Below are positions 35,471-49,269 of a DNA stretch of 64,000 bases, one piece after another; within the stretch, counting starts at the first letter, position 1, and every line of letters starts with the position of its first letter. Under the pieces are notes generated by a model, which was not told the DNA's origin, did no database searches, and saw only the letters and a list, made by a program, of their open reading frames with translations. The DNA lies in the NCBI GenBank assembly GCA_012295275.1, contig CM022665.1:40734001-40798000 (forward strand), read 5' to 3'. The position numbers were made by a program, and so were the translations under genes. The stretch is from Chrysomallon squamiferum (Eukaryota > Animalia > Mollusca).

Positions 35471-38400
35471 ACATCTGAAATACTGAGTAATCCACTGGGT
35501 TCACTGGTATTCATGAGTCCATTCATTTCACAGTTTACAATTTTTACTAATCATCTCAGTTGTAGAATAGTATTTACAACTGTCTTCATTTCATAAACTG
35601 TATAATGGAACCTGAATATCTCTCTCTCTCTCTCTCATTCTCTCATTCTCTCTCTTACTCTAACTCACTTCATAACTAAGATTTGGCAAAAAATAGACCA
35701 AGTAATAAAAAATTACTTGGCAGTATTTCAGGCTTTACTGTTACGTTGTGAAAATGATTTAGAATTTTAAAAAATTTTATCAATAAAATTTGGTTTATAT
35801 TGTGTTTTCTATGTATTTGTATGTTTGTTATGCACATGTGCATATATAAATACATTATGTATGAATGTTTTAGGAGCTCACAGCATTTTTGTGTCAAACA
35901 TTAAAATTTAAATTCACACATTTGGGAGTTTGTTTTCATTTTTATTTTTGTTCTTTTAAAATGAGCCATAAATAATATTTGTTAATAATTTTAGAACCTT
36001 TTAAACTATACAATACAGTTGTTTTTATACTGTTTGCAGTGCTTTGTGGCTTTATATTTTATATATAAATTTATTTTAGAGGAGATAGTAAGTCAATCAG
36101 AAAGCATTTAAAATAGCCTAATTTGATCTTTTAATTTGAACCATTTATTTTAATCTAGAAATTAATTAATTAATTATTTTTTTTAGAATAATGAAAATAA
36201 GCTGAATTAATGAAAACTGATGTATTTAGATATGGTGTGTTTTAGTAATCTAATCGTGTTGTAAAACAAGGGAGATAATCTAAGTGTGCTGTTTGAACTT
36301 GAATGTATAGTACTTACTTCCCTTAGATATAACCTTTATTGAATACAGAACTGAACGGTAAAATTTGACGATCTGAATGTATTGTGTATGAAATAGTAAT
36401 TATTATATTGCATGCTGTCTGTAAAAACCACGAGGGAGTTTTTCTCTTTTTAATTCTTTTTTTTTTCTTTTAGGACATTAACTGCTTTTCTTTGTATTAA
36501 AAGTATTAACAGAATACATTTACTCACTCTCAGTTTTTGAAATTATGAATTACTCAGTCTCAATTATTTAATTTTTTTCTCTGTATGTATGAAAGGGTTG
36601 GAGGTTCAGGAATTAATTATAACAAAGAGCGGCAAAATGTTATTCTATGTTTACTTAGCATTTTTCAATTCCATCATAAATTATAACAGGTTTTTTTTTT
36701 TTTTTTAATTTTTTTTTTTGAACCACGTGGCCTCGGACCCATGATGAGTAGTAGTCTTTTTCATTATTTTCATTATTCAAAAGTCGAATAATTTTCATGG
36801 CAAGTAGTGTTTCATTATTGTGACTAACTCACTAAAAAAGAAAAGAAACGGCTTGTATCTTTCATACAGTGCTTCGCGAATTTTTATTCTTTTTATTTAT
36901 GTTATTATCCTTTTCTTCTACTACTACTTTTTTTTTTTTTTTTTTTTTTATCAAACACCATGGTATATATATTGAACAAACAAAACAAACATTTCATACA
37001 TGAATATATTTTTTAATAAATAGACCACCGTTAAGTACATGTACACAGTTGAAGACAACATAACTTTCTCTCTTTCTTTCTCTTCTCTCTTTCTATCTCT
37101 ACAAAATGCATGTTCATTCTCATTAAAATAAACATTATATCTTCTTTCTTTTTTTTTTTTTTTTTTTTTTCATACATAGTTTTATAAATTACATATGACA
37201 AGTTTATCAACCATTACATCAACATAATAATGATGAACAAATTAAACATTTACAATGACTATGGTCCATTTCCAACATGAAAAATAATTCTTCGGCATAA
37301 ACGTCCGCTCTTACACTACAGAACATGTGAAGGAATAATAAATAAATCTCCAGTAAAATAAAGAATATATATATATATATATAAAAAAAATCTGGGATGC
37401 GAGACATCTGTTAGTAATTACGTATATCTGAACCATTATTTTCATTGCTATTCTAAAACATTAAATTTCTACTCGGTCAGACAGCGCTCAAATTAGAAAG
37501 TTTGCTGCAGGAAACTCAATGCGAAGATTGAACTATAAAAACGTGCTTGTCGTTCTGAAATGTCGCTTATTATTACAGGAGTATTGCACACACGTAAACA
37601 CCTCAAATGGGCAATTTGTTTTGATTTGTGTCCAGGCTGTAATGACGCATTGTTCTTACTCGCCAAATAATGAACAGCCAGTGCCATAACGTGCACGAAT
37701 ATGTCAAAGCGTTTCCTGTTAGTAAGCTTGGCTTTCTCCAGTCTCCGCGGCCAAAACGTCACTGAAACCGCTTGCCAGGCGCCACGAAAACATAGACGCT
37801 GGCGCCAATTTCCGTTATGCCGTCAATCCTTCAAGACTGGCCTTATTATTTTCCTGAAAGTTTCAGCAGGTTTTATCGATTTGAAAATTGATTCCATTGC
37901 TAAAGGCTTTCAACGGCTTTCTAAAACAGCGCAGTGTCAAAGATGGCCGTCCATAGTATCGGTGAGTCATCGAGGCACGCGCGGACAAGCAGACTTCGTG
38001 ACATTGCAAGGATCTTCATAATAATAATACGCCAACCGCAGAGTGCAGCGAGTTTGAAGTAGAGAACCTCGAGAGATTCCGATGAACGAAGAATCTCATC
38101 ATGGCCACAGTTGAACAGAAAATCAATTATCAATCATCGAGTCTGAGAGAATTTCTCCTAGCAAAGGCTTTGGTAAATTTGAAAGGTCTTGCTAGTGTGT
38201 GTTGTTGACATTTTTACATCTACCGAGAACAGCAGTTTTGGAAATAACTAGATGCTGATGTCATTTGTATCAGATATAATATTAGTGATATTTATAGTAC
38301 ACATACATAGTATATGTAATTTAATCTTTTTTTCCCATATAGAACTATTATGATTTTAAGAAGTGATTTTTTTTTTTTTTTTCTAAATAAGATATGGTAT

Positions 38401-40706
38401 ATTATAATAGTAATAATAAACTGACATACAAAGGATATGTATATTCACCCCTCTTTTCACTCAGAATAAAATATAAAATATACAATTAAATGGTCGATGG
38501 ATTAAGAATGAGCCATGATAAATAAAAATATTAAATATTAGATGGATCAAGTCATCACATTGTGATGCAGTGTTATTTTGATGTCAGCTACATCAAAATA
38601 GTGACATGTGAACTAAGCGTTTCGTTATTTTAATTACAAAACAATACTTTTTTATTATTATTATTTTGTATCGATGTTTATGCTTGATCGTGTGTTATAT
38701 AGTGCACACATTTATGGGTCAGTCAGTCAGTACATTGCAATTACAATTTCACGTTTCATCACAATATAGTACCAGTAATGGCCGATTCTTCAGAACGTAT
38801 TTATTTTCAAATGAATTAATGTCGGTGATGAAAATAATAATAAAACGTGTTGTCGGTCGATGATTTATACTGCAGAGTATGACAAGTGATGAAGTGGTTT
38901 TATATAAATGATACATTAGCGCGGATCTGGGATTATAAAACTGATGTTTATACAGAATTACATGTACAGTTTTAGAACGGTGAACTTATTAAGGTTCAGT
39001 AAGGTGTTTTTTTCTTCATAAAGTGAATGAATGCTTTACGGTTTATGAGTAACTCGTCGTCTGCAAAGAAAATATTGTAACCGACGTTTAAAGTGTTTTG
39101 AGAAAAGTATTAAAAGCATATCTAAACATTCGTGAAAAGTATGCTCTAAGCTTGGATTCCAGAGAAACTCTGAGAATATTTGTTTTCCACTAAGTAGTGA
39201 GAAACTGGTCGGCGCCAATAAATTTAATGGAACAAAACAAATTTTGGCACGAGTGCTTTTGAAAGAAGATGATCTAAGCATGGCAATTAAACGATACATT
39301 AAAAAAAAAAAAAAAAAAAAAATTTAAAAATAAAAAATTCTGTTTTACTCTATATCATTTAAAACATTATTGTTTTTTTTTTTTTTTTTCTATATTTACT
39401 ATCTTGTTTTGTCTTGGATACGTAACTTAAACTATAATTTAAAGTTATGTATCCAAGATAAAGCATCTACATCATTCTACGTTTTTAAAATCTTCGTTGC
39501 AGATACAACAGCTTTATCAGAATTACCCAGAAAACCGGATTCCATCAGTCAACATTCTCTGCATTAAAAACAGAATAGAACCACACTGCTGCCTCTCAGC
39601 TATCGCATGCCTTTCGCTTGGTAATTATTATACTTGTTACTGATACGCGCAGACGCATTGCGTCACACGACAGTTGTGAGTTATGATGTCATTACGTAAT
39701 CGTAATCACAAACAACAGACATACTTTCTGCGGCAGAAATGACGGATAGCATAGGGAACGGAGCCTTTCTAAAATTTCAAGTAATCATTCTTGTCACACA
39801 AAACCAAATAATCTCGACGATACTTCAAAACGTTAAGAAAATAAGTATGGTTGGATTTAAGGCATGCAGTGATGCAATTCGTTGATCGTTCTAATTTAGT
39901 AATGTACTGGTTTCAAATTTCTTTTTATCAAATAATACTTGGATATATTTTTCAGTCTATTTGATTTATTTGTAACTTTTTTCGGTCTGGGGGAAAAAAA
40001 AAGAGAGACAGAGGGATGAAATCAAACAGTAATACTTCTTATTTTTAGGTATATATATATGTTTACATCACTCTGTTTAAAAGAATCCCTTTTCACTTGT
40101 TATTTCTAGAAAACCATACAAAGGTATTTTATATCTTAACAATACATTCACAATAACTTAATTAGAGCGAATAATAATAATAATGAATAAAAATAAACAA
40201 ACTAGAAAACACAATGACACAACAGTTATTATGGACTACCTTTGTAATTTTTACTTTCTCAGAAGAAGTACTCTCAACAAACATTTTGATACTTCCACTG
40301 TATTTCTATTTCAGTAACTATGGTGATAAAATCCATTACGTTTTTGAAACAAGTTCGTTTCTATGTTTTTATTATGTCATATCGATATAGATTCTTTTAT
40401 TTATTCTGCTTACGTATCCAGGTTACTGTCCTCTATATTACAGTGTCTATGACGTAAAAACTTCTCCAGCTGACGTCACAACGTATTTGATCTTCTTTGT
40501 CTTACGTCAAGCAATACTCGACCAGCCCTCACGTGACGTACATATATATATATACACATATATTACGAAAGATATATACGTGGTATATATCTTTTATCCA
40601 TACATCCGTTTGAAAGCACCATTGGTCAGTTTGGGACGAATGGTACCCGTCCGTCCGAATTATCACAGCTTTGACAAGAGATAACCTTCAGCTTGTCAAT
40701 ATGACG

Positions 40707-40856
40707 TCATGATGGTTTGATGTATAAATCTGTTTGTTTGTTGTAAGAAGGAGGAGCTATGCCATTTTTCAAATGGACAATATTTCTTCCTGAAAGAAAG
40801 AAATAACAGAAAGTTATCACAATGATAGTGATAAACTTATCTATCCCTATATTCAT

Positions 40857-40931
<75 letters not shown>

Positions 40932-43377
40932 GTACACACACACACATACACATACACATACAGATCTATTAACACCAACATTACAACAAACAGTATTTTA
41001 ATAGATTTCAAGAGGATACAAATTTCATTTATAAAGGGTAAAATATTAGTCAACAATTAAATTATTATTTGTAAGCCCTCTGGAACTGCGACACATTTAG
41101 CAAACCGGATGTAAACACAAGATTATGTTACATATAAACACAGCTTTTCACTCTTATCGGCTACAGCTTGATTGTTATATATTTTCAAAGGATTTTGTTT
41201 AAATATTTTTAATTTCACATGCAAATACCAAGTAAGTTGACAAATTTGTTCTTTTATGTGTGAAACATTGTACACTATCGTTCTCTGTTTCTTTTGGAAG
41301 TATAAACAGAAACAATCCAAGCATTTGACAGTTTTTAGCAAGCAGTTAAAATATATGTAATGTAAATAATGTAAATAACAAAACTGCTGCCTATCTAGGG
41401 CATAGTGGACATTTTTGGTCTATTATTTATTATGAAAAGAGCACTTTTTCAGCAGTTTTATTAACAAAATTAATTGAATAAAATATATATATATAATAAG
41501 TTTAGGGGTGCCATTATTTAAATATTTAAAATAAATTGCTTACCTACTGCATGTTCTGGGATGAGCCCATTTATTATTATTATTATTATATTATTATTAT
41601 TATTATTATTATTAATGAGCAGAAACGGTGCTATTTATAACTATTATTATTATCATCATTACTGTGAAGAAAAGATGAATAAACTAAACTATTAATGATC
41701 TTTAATTCATCAAACAGCGTTCTATTTACCTGTCCACGTTTTCTGATTGGTCATCACAAAACCCTCACAGTCAGGGTCCATATTACATATGCTTTCAGCT
41801 TCTAATGAGTCGAACACTGACAGAGTACAGCCCCCTCCGGACATGGAGAAGCGACATCTGTAGTCAAACTGACCAGGCAGGTCGCTGTCTTTGTGAAACT
41901 TGAACTCTGGAACAAAGCAAATTAAGCATTCAGTCGGTGCTCGTTGCAAAAACGAACTGTTGTCTTTAAATTAGTGTTGCTTGTAGTAACTGATAATTTG
42001 TTGAACAATGCTTGACAGACCTTCTGCTCTCCAAACACAAGTGACTGACACTTGAACAGTCCCAGGGGTGGTCACCATATCAAGAACAAGACTTGAATAT
42101 TAAATACCAATATTAAATGTGGACTTCAGACAATCTGATGAAGAATACGACAGATATTACTGTATAAAAGTCTGGGTTTCAAACAAACTGAAGCTAAAAT
42201 TAGAGCCTGGTATAAAACAGGATAAGGAATTTTTTTTTTTTTTGCCACAGACCTGCTAAAAACGGTAAAAACGAAATCTGAGCAAAGTAGCAACAAAATT
42301 CATATAAAGATAAACGCTGTTTATTAAAAGTTGGTTGTGGGCTCAGTAAAGGTAAGATATCATTTCCAAGATAAATCGAAGATAAATCTTCCGATATAAA
42401 CGGGAGCTTAAAGATATAACAAACAGTACTTTATTAACTACAATGGGACAGGGCTCAGTGAAGTCAGCCGTGAAGTACTTTTATCAGAAAACAATTTAAA
42501 AGTATCAGTTTATGTGTATTTTGTTTGTGTGTGTGTGTGTGTGTTTTTGTTAAAACGGAATTATAATTATTTGTGGTGTCTTCTACGTATTATCTGTATT
42601 GTGTTTGGTAAGCTGAACCCTAAATTCAGAATTTGCAGAAATACCTGCTTTGTATCTAAACAGACTAATCTTATTATGCAGAAGAATGAGGATTTTATTT
42701 TATTTTATTTTATTTTTTTTTTCATTTTAATTATTTTTGTTATTATTATATATATATATAAATATATATATCTTTTTTTTTTTTTTTTTTTTTACATAAA
42801 CTATTAACTATTTCATACCTGATTTTTGATTCTGGTCATTGCTTCTATTCAGGTACCATCCACGCGTGTACATGTCCACCACTTTGGCTATACTTCTGAC
42901 CAGCTGTTTTGAATCCATAGTCAAGTTTTCGTACGCAGACACAAGTCTGTCAATGGCTGGTCTAAGAAGAACGGGAGCTCCATGAGGTAGTAAAAAAGTG
43001 GTGAAATGACGTCCTGCGTTAAACAGATTCCTCTGTTCATTATATCCAACACATTTTCCTTGAATACAGGACATCCTGAAAATATGTATATATTTTTTTT
43101 AATGAATTTATGGATTTCTAACTGTGATGAGGATGATAATTAATATCAATAGTAGTAATAGTAGCAGAAATTGTTGTCGTTGGTGTTGTTGTTGTTGTTT
43201 TACAGTATTAATTAAGTATTATGAAACAAACCAAAAAAAAAAAAAAAAAAAAAAAAAAAAGAAAGAAAGAAATATGATCCAAGTATAATCCAAAGTGGCA
43301 TTATTAAATAATGAATTTCACCAGTTAATATGCTGAAAAACCACAACCCTCTCAAAAAAAAAAAAAAAAAAATAAAA

Positions 43378-43413
<36 letters not shown>

Positions 43414-43851
43414 TAATAAATTTTAAAACTCCTGTTTGGTACTATCACCACTATAACTATTACAAACTTACCCATGAAAATATTCTGTTTGATAACTGTC
43501 TAAATCTAAAATACAGATACCATAAATTCATGAATGGAAACCCTTAGTTTTTGTATTCTGCGAAATTCACAATTTAAAGGAAATTACGGTAATTTATTTT
43601 ATTCTATTACCTTTTTGTAAAATTTGAACTGGAGAAGTGAACAACACAAGCGCTGTCGTCGGAACATGTTGGTTCACCGAAGCCAACGTCGTCCACGTCC
43701 GATAATTTCAACTGGCCGGAAACAAGTACGAACTGCTGACGCCGGAAGTCGTTCATACTTATGGAACCTAGAGGGCTGCTTGACAGGAAGCGCAGAAGAC
43801 GTGTAACGTCATACGATATCTGAAACAAAAAAATGAATGAAAATTGTTTTT

Positions 43852-43885
<34 letters not shown>

Positions 43886-44405
43886 TTAAAATATAAAAAA
43901 TGTAAAAGAAAGAAAAGGTAATCATCCAATGCTTAGTAAATTATTTACCGTTTCATCCGTATTATCGTTAAGTTCCTTTTGTTTTACTTTTTTTTTTATT
44001 ATTATTTTTGTTACTATTTCATTATATTTATTTTATTTTATTTTATTTTATTTCTTCTTTTTGTTGTTGTTGTTGTTGTTGTTGATAAATTAACATTTTT
44101 GTTATTATTATATTTTTTCGTAAGTGTATAATCAATATATTTTTTATGATATTTACTCATTTATTCCATACCGGCATCTTTGTGCGGGAGGAAAGGAAAA
44201 AAAAAAAAGCTGTGAATTTCGGATTAATTTTCTAAATGAAACTGACAAAAACGGTCTTGTTAAATTATCCGAAATATAATTCATGACCCAACAAATATAC
44301 CGGAAAATAATAAACAGACATACAAAAACAAAAACAGAAGGAAAAAAATACAAGAAAAAAAAAAGAGAACACTCCAATGATTTATTCGTTAATGCAAGAA
44401 CTGTC

Positions 44406-44439
<34 letters not shown>

Positions 44440-47105
44440 GTGCCAAAAGCGCATATGCAACCAGTGCAAATAAGTGGAGATTTTTGAAAGCAGGGAACCA
44501 GTCACTTCCAGTAATATGTAAGCGCATGAAGACAAAATCTGTTTACGCTGAAGGATGGCAGGCAGCAGATCGGAAGATACACTAGAAAGTTCACTAACTC
44601 CGTTTGTCTACACTAACGTACGTCTACACTAAACAAGATCGCTTCGATATTTTCCCAGTTTTATTGTAAACCAGATCAACTAGATCCCGTGTGAAAAGGA
44701 ATTTCCTCCTAGACAGAAATAAACTCAAAAAAAAAAAAAAAAAAAAAAAGAAGCAGACGGATCAAGATGACCAGGTTATGTCGAGACTGAAGCTGATTTA
44801 ATCACGATTATACAGATTTCATGCTATGTTTTCACTCCAACTGCCAAACCCTTTTTATTTCTTCTTTCAAAACAAACTGTTTATCTCTCATTTATATGGT
44901 ATTTATATTTATTTCGTATTTGTTAATGAGTTCTGATGGTGATGATGACGGTGATGATGATGGTGATAATGATGATACTAGTAATAACAGTTTATTTTTT
45001 TAAGACATTTTAAAAAAATTAAAAATAGAACAGCTCGTCCCAGAACATTCATTCAATTTTTCCTTTACTGTGTTTCGAGGATGTCAGAATATTTAGCTTC
45101 CATGTACACGTAAATAAACATTTTCTACAACTGAAATAGCCGTGTGGTAATTACACCGGGCATAAAGTCTACATTTTCACCTGTCTCATTAGAGAGGTGA
45201 TGACGTATTTACACCACAACCGGCACTTTGCCGGCAGTCTTCATTTCCCGCTTAGTTAGGCAAACGCCAGGGATACTCCGCCGTTGTGTCAGTAAACAGT
45301 TTCGACTGGTTATATATCTTTCTCTCTCTCTCTTTTTTTTTTTTTTTTTTTTTTTTTTTCTTTCGCTCTCTCACTCTTTCTTTCCCCTTCCTGCCGTAAA
45401 ACCTGACGCTATAAGTTTATTTGAAAGATAAGTGAGCTTGTCACACTTAACTGAACCTTACGGTCATATATCTCTCGATTCTATACGCGAGGAACATCTT
45501 AAAATGTGGATTCAGTTTCGTCTATTTATTTTTCTCTCTGCCTCGCGTATTTTCGATTGTTATTTGTGATAACCCAGTTGATAGTGCGGGATTTTATTTC
45601 GGAATATTTTGCAGGTAAAATAGAACAAGTGGTACGTTAATCAGGGTCGCATCTACGGGACGGAATGGCGTGAAAGGTTTCTGTACAAATTGGAGTTCTG
45701 AACAGAAAAACTATTTTCTTTATTTCAATTTACCAGTCTTCAGTTTTAAAACTTTAACTGTGATTTGGCAAATGTCTTTTCACAAAAAAAAAAAACTCCC
45801 TCAAACCCCCCAAACAACAACAAAGGGTGTGAAAAGTGGTTTCACAGCCCTAACAAGTTCCGACCCTGTTATGCTATAATGAAACAGCGGGTTACGTGTG
45901 ATTTAATCTAAATTTGATATAAAACCTGAAATCAAGATCGGAAGAGGAATGAAAAAAAAAATATATATATATATAAATAAAAAATCGAAGTTGTGTATAA
46001 TGTGTTATGCCAAAAATTAAACATTCTTTTAAACAATACATAAATACATACGGATTTTTTGGTTTAAATCTTTAATATGCATGTTGTTGGTTTTTATGCT
46101 GTGCTTTGAGACATTTATTAAATATTTGTTGATTCTTGTCCAGGTTTAAAAAATAACAACAACAACAACAACAAACATGGGCAGAAGCAACACAGATACA
46201 ATTTAATAAAATTAATGTTCTTCAGGCTACTGCTGTACTGTATAACTAAATTCTAATCAAGAAATATACGGTTTGATTTTGGAAAAGAAGTCCCTTTTAA
46301 GTGTGATATCCTATTTGTTAATACTCTCCGGAGATTGTTACACTTGTACTAGTAAAAATAATTTTACACAGCTTTGACAATAACATATCGGTAGAGCAGA
46401 TGAGTATTATAATCTTGAAAAGTATTTTACACTTTTTAAAAAGAATTTTTGAAATTTAAAATAACAAACGATTTGTGGAATCAGTAGAAAACATGATTAT
46501 TGTCGTGAATTGCTGCGACTGTATTAACGACGTATAAAATTAAATATTTTCACAATCTTATTTCCATGTTTTAAACGAGAACAAAAAGTCGTGCAAACTC
46601 ATGCACGTGTGCAACCTGCCCCACAGCAGCATCACCGCCTTAATGATTTACGCCGTTAACCGATACGTTTTGTACAACTCCATTTCCAGAACGTGCATCG
46701 AACAGACGGCATCAGTCATGTGACAGCGGAGAGCAGACGGACAATGCGTAGCGTCCATCGTGTCGGCGAGTCATCGGCAGAGCTGTCAAACCCGACTCTG
46801 CAGGGAAGAATTTTTATTTTTTTATTTTTTTTTTTCAAAAAGAAGAAAAAAAAGTGACAGAATAAACTGCAACGCGACACTGATTCCCTTTGTTGAACAT
46901 GGAAACTGGACACGGGTAAGGGAAATACGCAACCCCGCGAATGTGCCATTAAGATGGCGTCTCGGCTTTCGAGAAACAAACGCCTTTAGGAGTAACCTTT
47001 GACCCGAGACCCCAAGTGGAGACCTGAATGTCGAACAAGGGTCATTTAATATGATCAACGCAGTGAATGATTGTGACAATACACGCAAACGTATTCTTCT
47101 ATTTC

Positions 47106-47139
<34 letters not shown>

Positions 47140-47496
47140 CTCCATATCTCGTGTTTTCCTTCATTTGTTTTGTTTATTGTTTGGAGTTTGTATCAATTCA
47201 TTTCAGACTGTTTTTTTTCGTGCTTTTTTTTCTTTTCTTTCTTTCTTTCTTTCTTCTTCTTCTTTTTTCGTTTTTGTGGTTAATACAATTTAGTCTCCTG
47301 CTGAGGTATTGTTAACGTTCGCGACGAAAGACAAACTGCTAAATCATTAGCTGTTTTGACGTAAAAACTTCCTTGATAAATTATTTCTAGTACGTACACA
47401 AAATAAATATTGAATCGTTGTATACAAAAAATAGACCTTATTTGATTACTGGTACAACTTAGAATGAAAACTGGAACTGAATATAGATAGATAGAT

Positions 47497-47530
<34 letters not shown>

Positions 47531-49218
47531 TAGATCTGGCATGCATAACACATTTCAACTGCGGTTCGCATTTCTCTCTTTAGCTTTCATTTTTAATATG
47601 TAATAGTTCAGAAAATGTTGGATCCTTTAAGTTCGATGACCATAAAATTCTGAGAAGTCTCATCCACGTGACCATCTTCTGATCTACGTCACAGAAGAAC
47701 TGTGTGCGTTGAGAATAGCCGCTGAGGCATAACAGATAAAAGATTACCTGTATGTCGTATAGGGATTACTACGGACGGCTGGCAGATAATTTGACAGTGA
47801 TATATTGTATTAACAAAACAAAAAGATTATATTCTCACAACAACAGATTATCCCGTTTGGAGACTCGTTTCTGTGTGGAAGATAATTAATGTGTTTCTTT
47901 TTCATTATTGTCACCGGAATGTAAAAACGTGCCTGAAAACATACCCTGAACAAAAGACCAACTGAGTCTGACTCACTCATTTTGTGCATCCCTTGCTTTC
48001 CGATACAATTTCAAGATTTGAAATTTTTTTTAACTAATCCCTTAAATTCACTACAGACAAGGCAAAAATATTTCATAGAAAAATTTAAAAAACTGAACTT
48101 TTTTCATTTAAATTTTTGTTTTGTTTAAATTTATAAAAATAAAATAGTTAAATTTTTAAGATTCAACACAATGCCTATTCTTTGCAGTCTGATTTTACTT
48201 CAGAAGTGTTTAGCTTAATATTTAAAATGTTCTATAATTATTTTCCGATTGTTCAGGTAACATGAACAGATTGGTATCGAACACCCTATGACTGTTCAGT
48301 TATTTTGTATTTTTAGGGAAGTTGTCATAGAAAGTTATATGCTGTGAGTAGAAAAATGTGACGGATATCATCTGAAAACTAAATGTAGGATATAATAAAT
48401 GTCTGGCATCCAAAAGAACACTTTAACAGTTGTCTCCAATGGAATATTGAAATAAAACGATAGTTCATTTTCAGGTTGATAAGGATTGGTGGATAAATAG
48501 CCTTGTGGTGTACATTTTGGTCACGTTATTTTATTTATTCATTATTTTATTTTATATTATTTTAATATAATTGTATCTGAAATTCGAATCTGGTCGTCAC
48601 AAATGTTCAGACAAATTTCTGCTCAAAATAAACAGAACTGACCACCGCTATCAGAAACAGACGATCATTAATTTCGTGTCCAGACGTTTGTCAAGTCCAG
48701 TTTACATCATCTGACCACTAGCTGCTTTGAAGCCTGAGTTTAGATTTAGAAATAAGTGATAGCATCTCTAGTAACGATAATCTTTCTGAATCGACGTGAC
48801 AGTTCTCCTGACCCGGAACACGGATGTCGGCGCATGACCGGAAGTTCAAAGAGGTGTTCACGGCGTCCCGGAATCACTCGGATGTGGGCGTGTCCGAATA
48901 ACTTCAGTGATACGAAAATTTAATTGTCACGGAAGATGGAGACAGGAGTACCAAGCGCCACTTTAAGAGTATTCAAATAGGACACAAATAACGAAAAATG
49001 TCCTTTGCGTCCAGAATAAAATTAAACGACTAAATGTGTTACACGGCTGTAGTTGTGCTCTGTATTTCTGAATTGAAACCTGTTATTATTTATTCAAACG
49101 TAGAATGTTTTTAGACCATCAGTTTTACTTCCGACAACATTTCATTGTCAATAAAAAAAAAAAAATAATAATAAAATAATAAAAATAATAATAATAATAA
49201 ATTAAATTAAATTAAATA

Positions 49219-49269
<51 letters not shown>

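Noticed and set aside
36741-36850. Box C-like ATGATGA (possible C/D snoRNA)
   Set aside because: No suitably placed CTGA box D or terminal stem.
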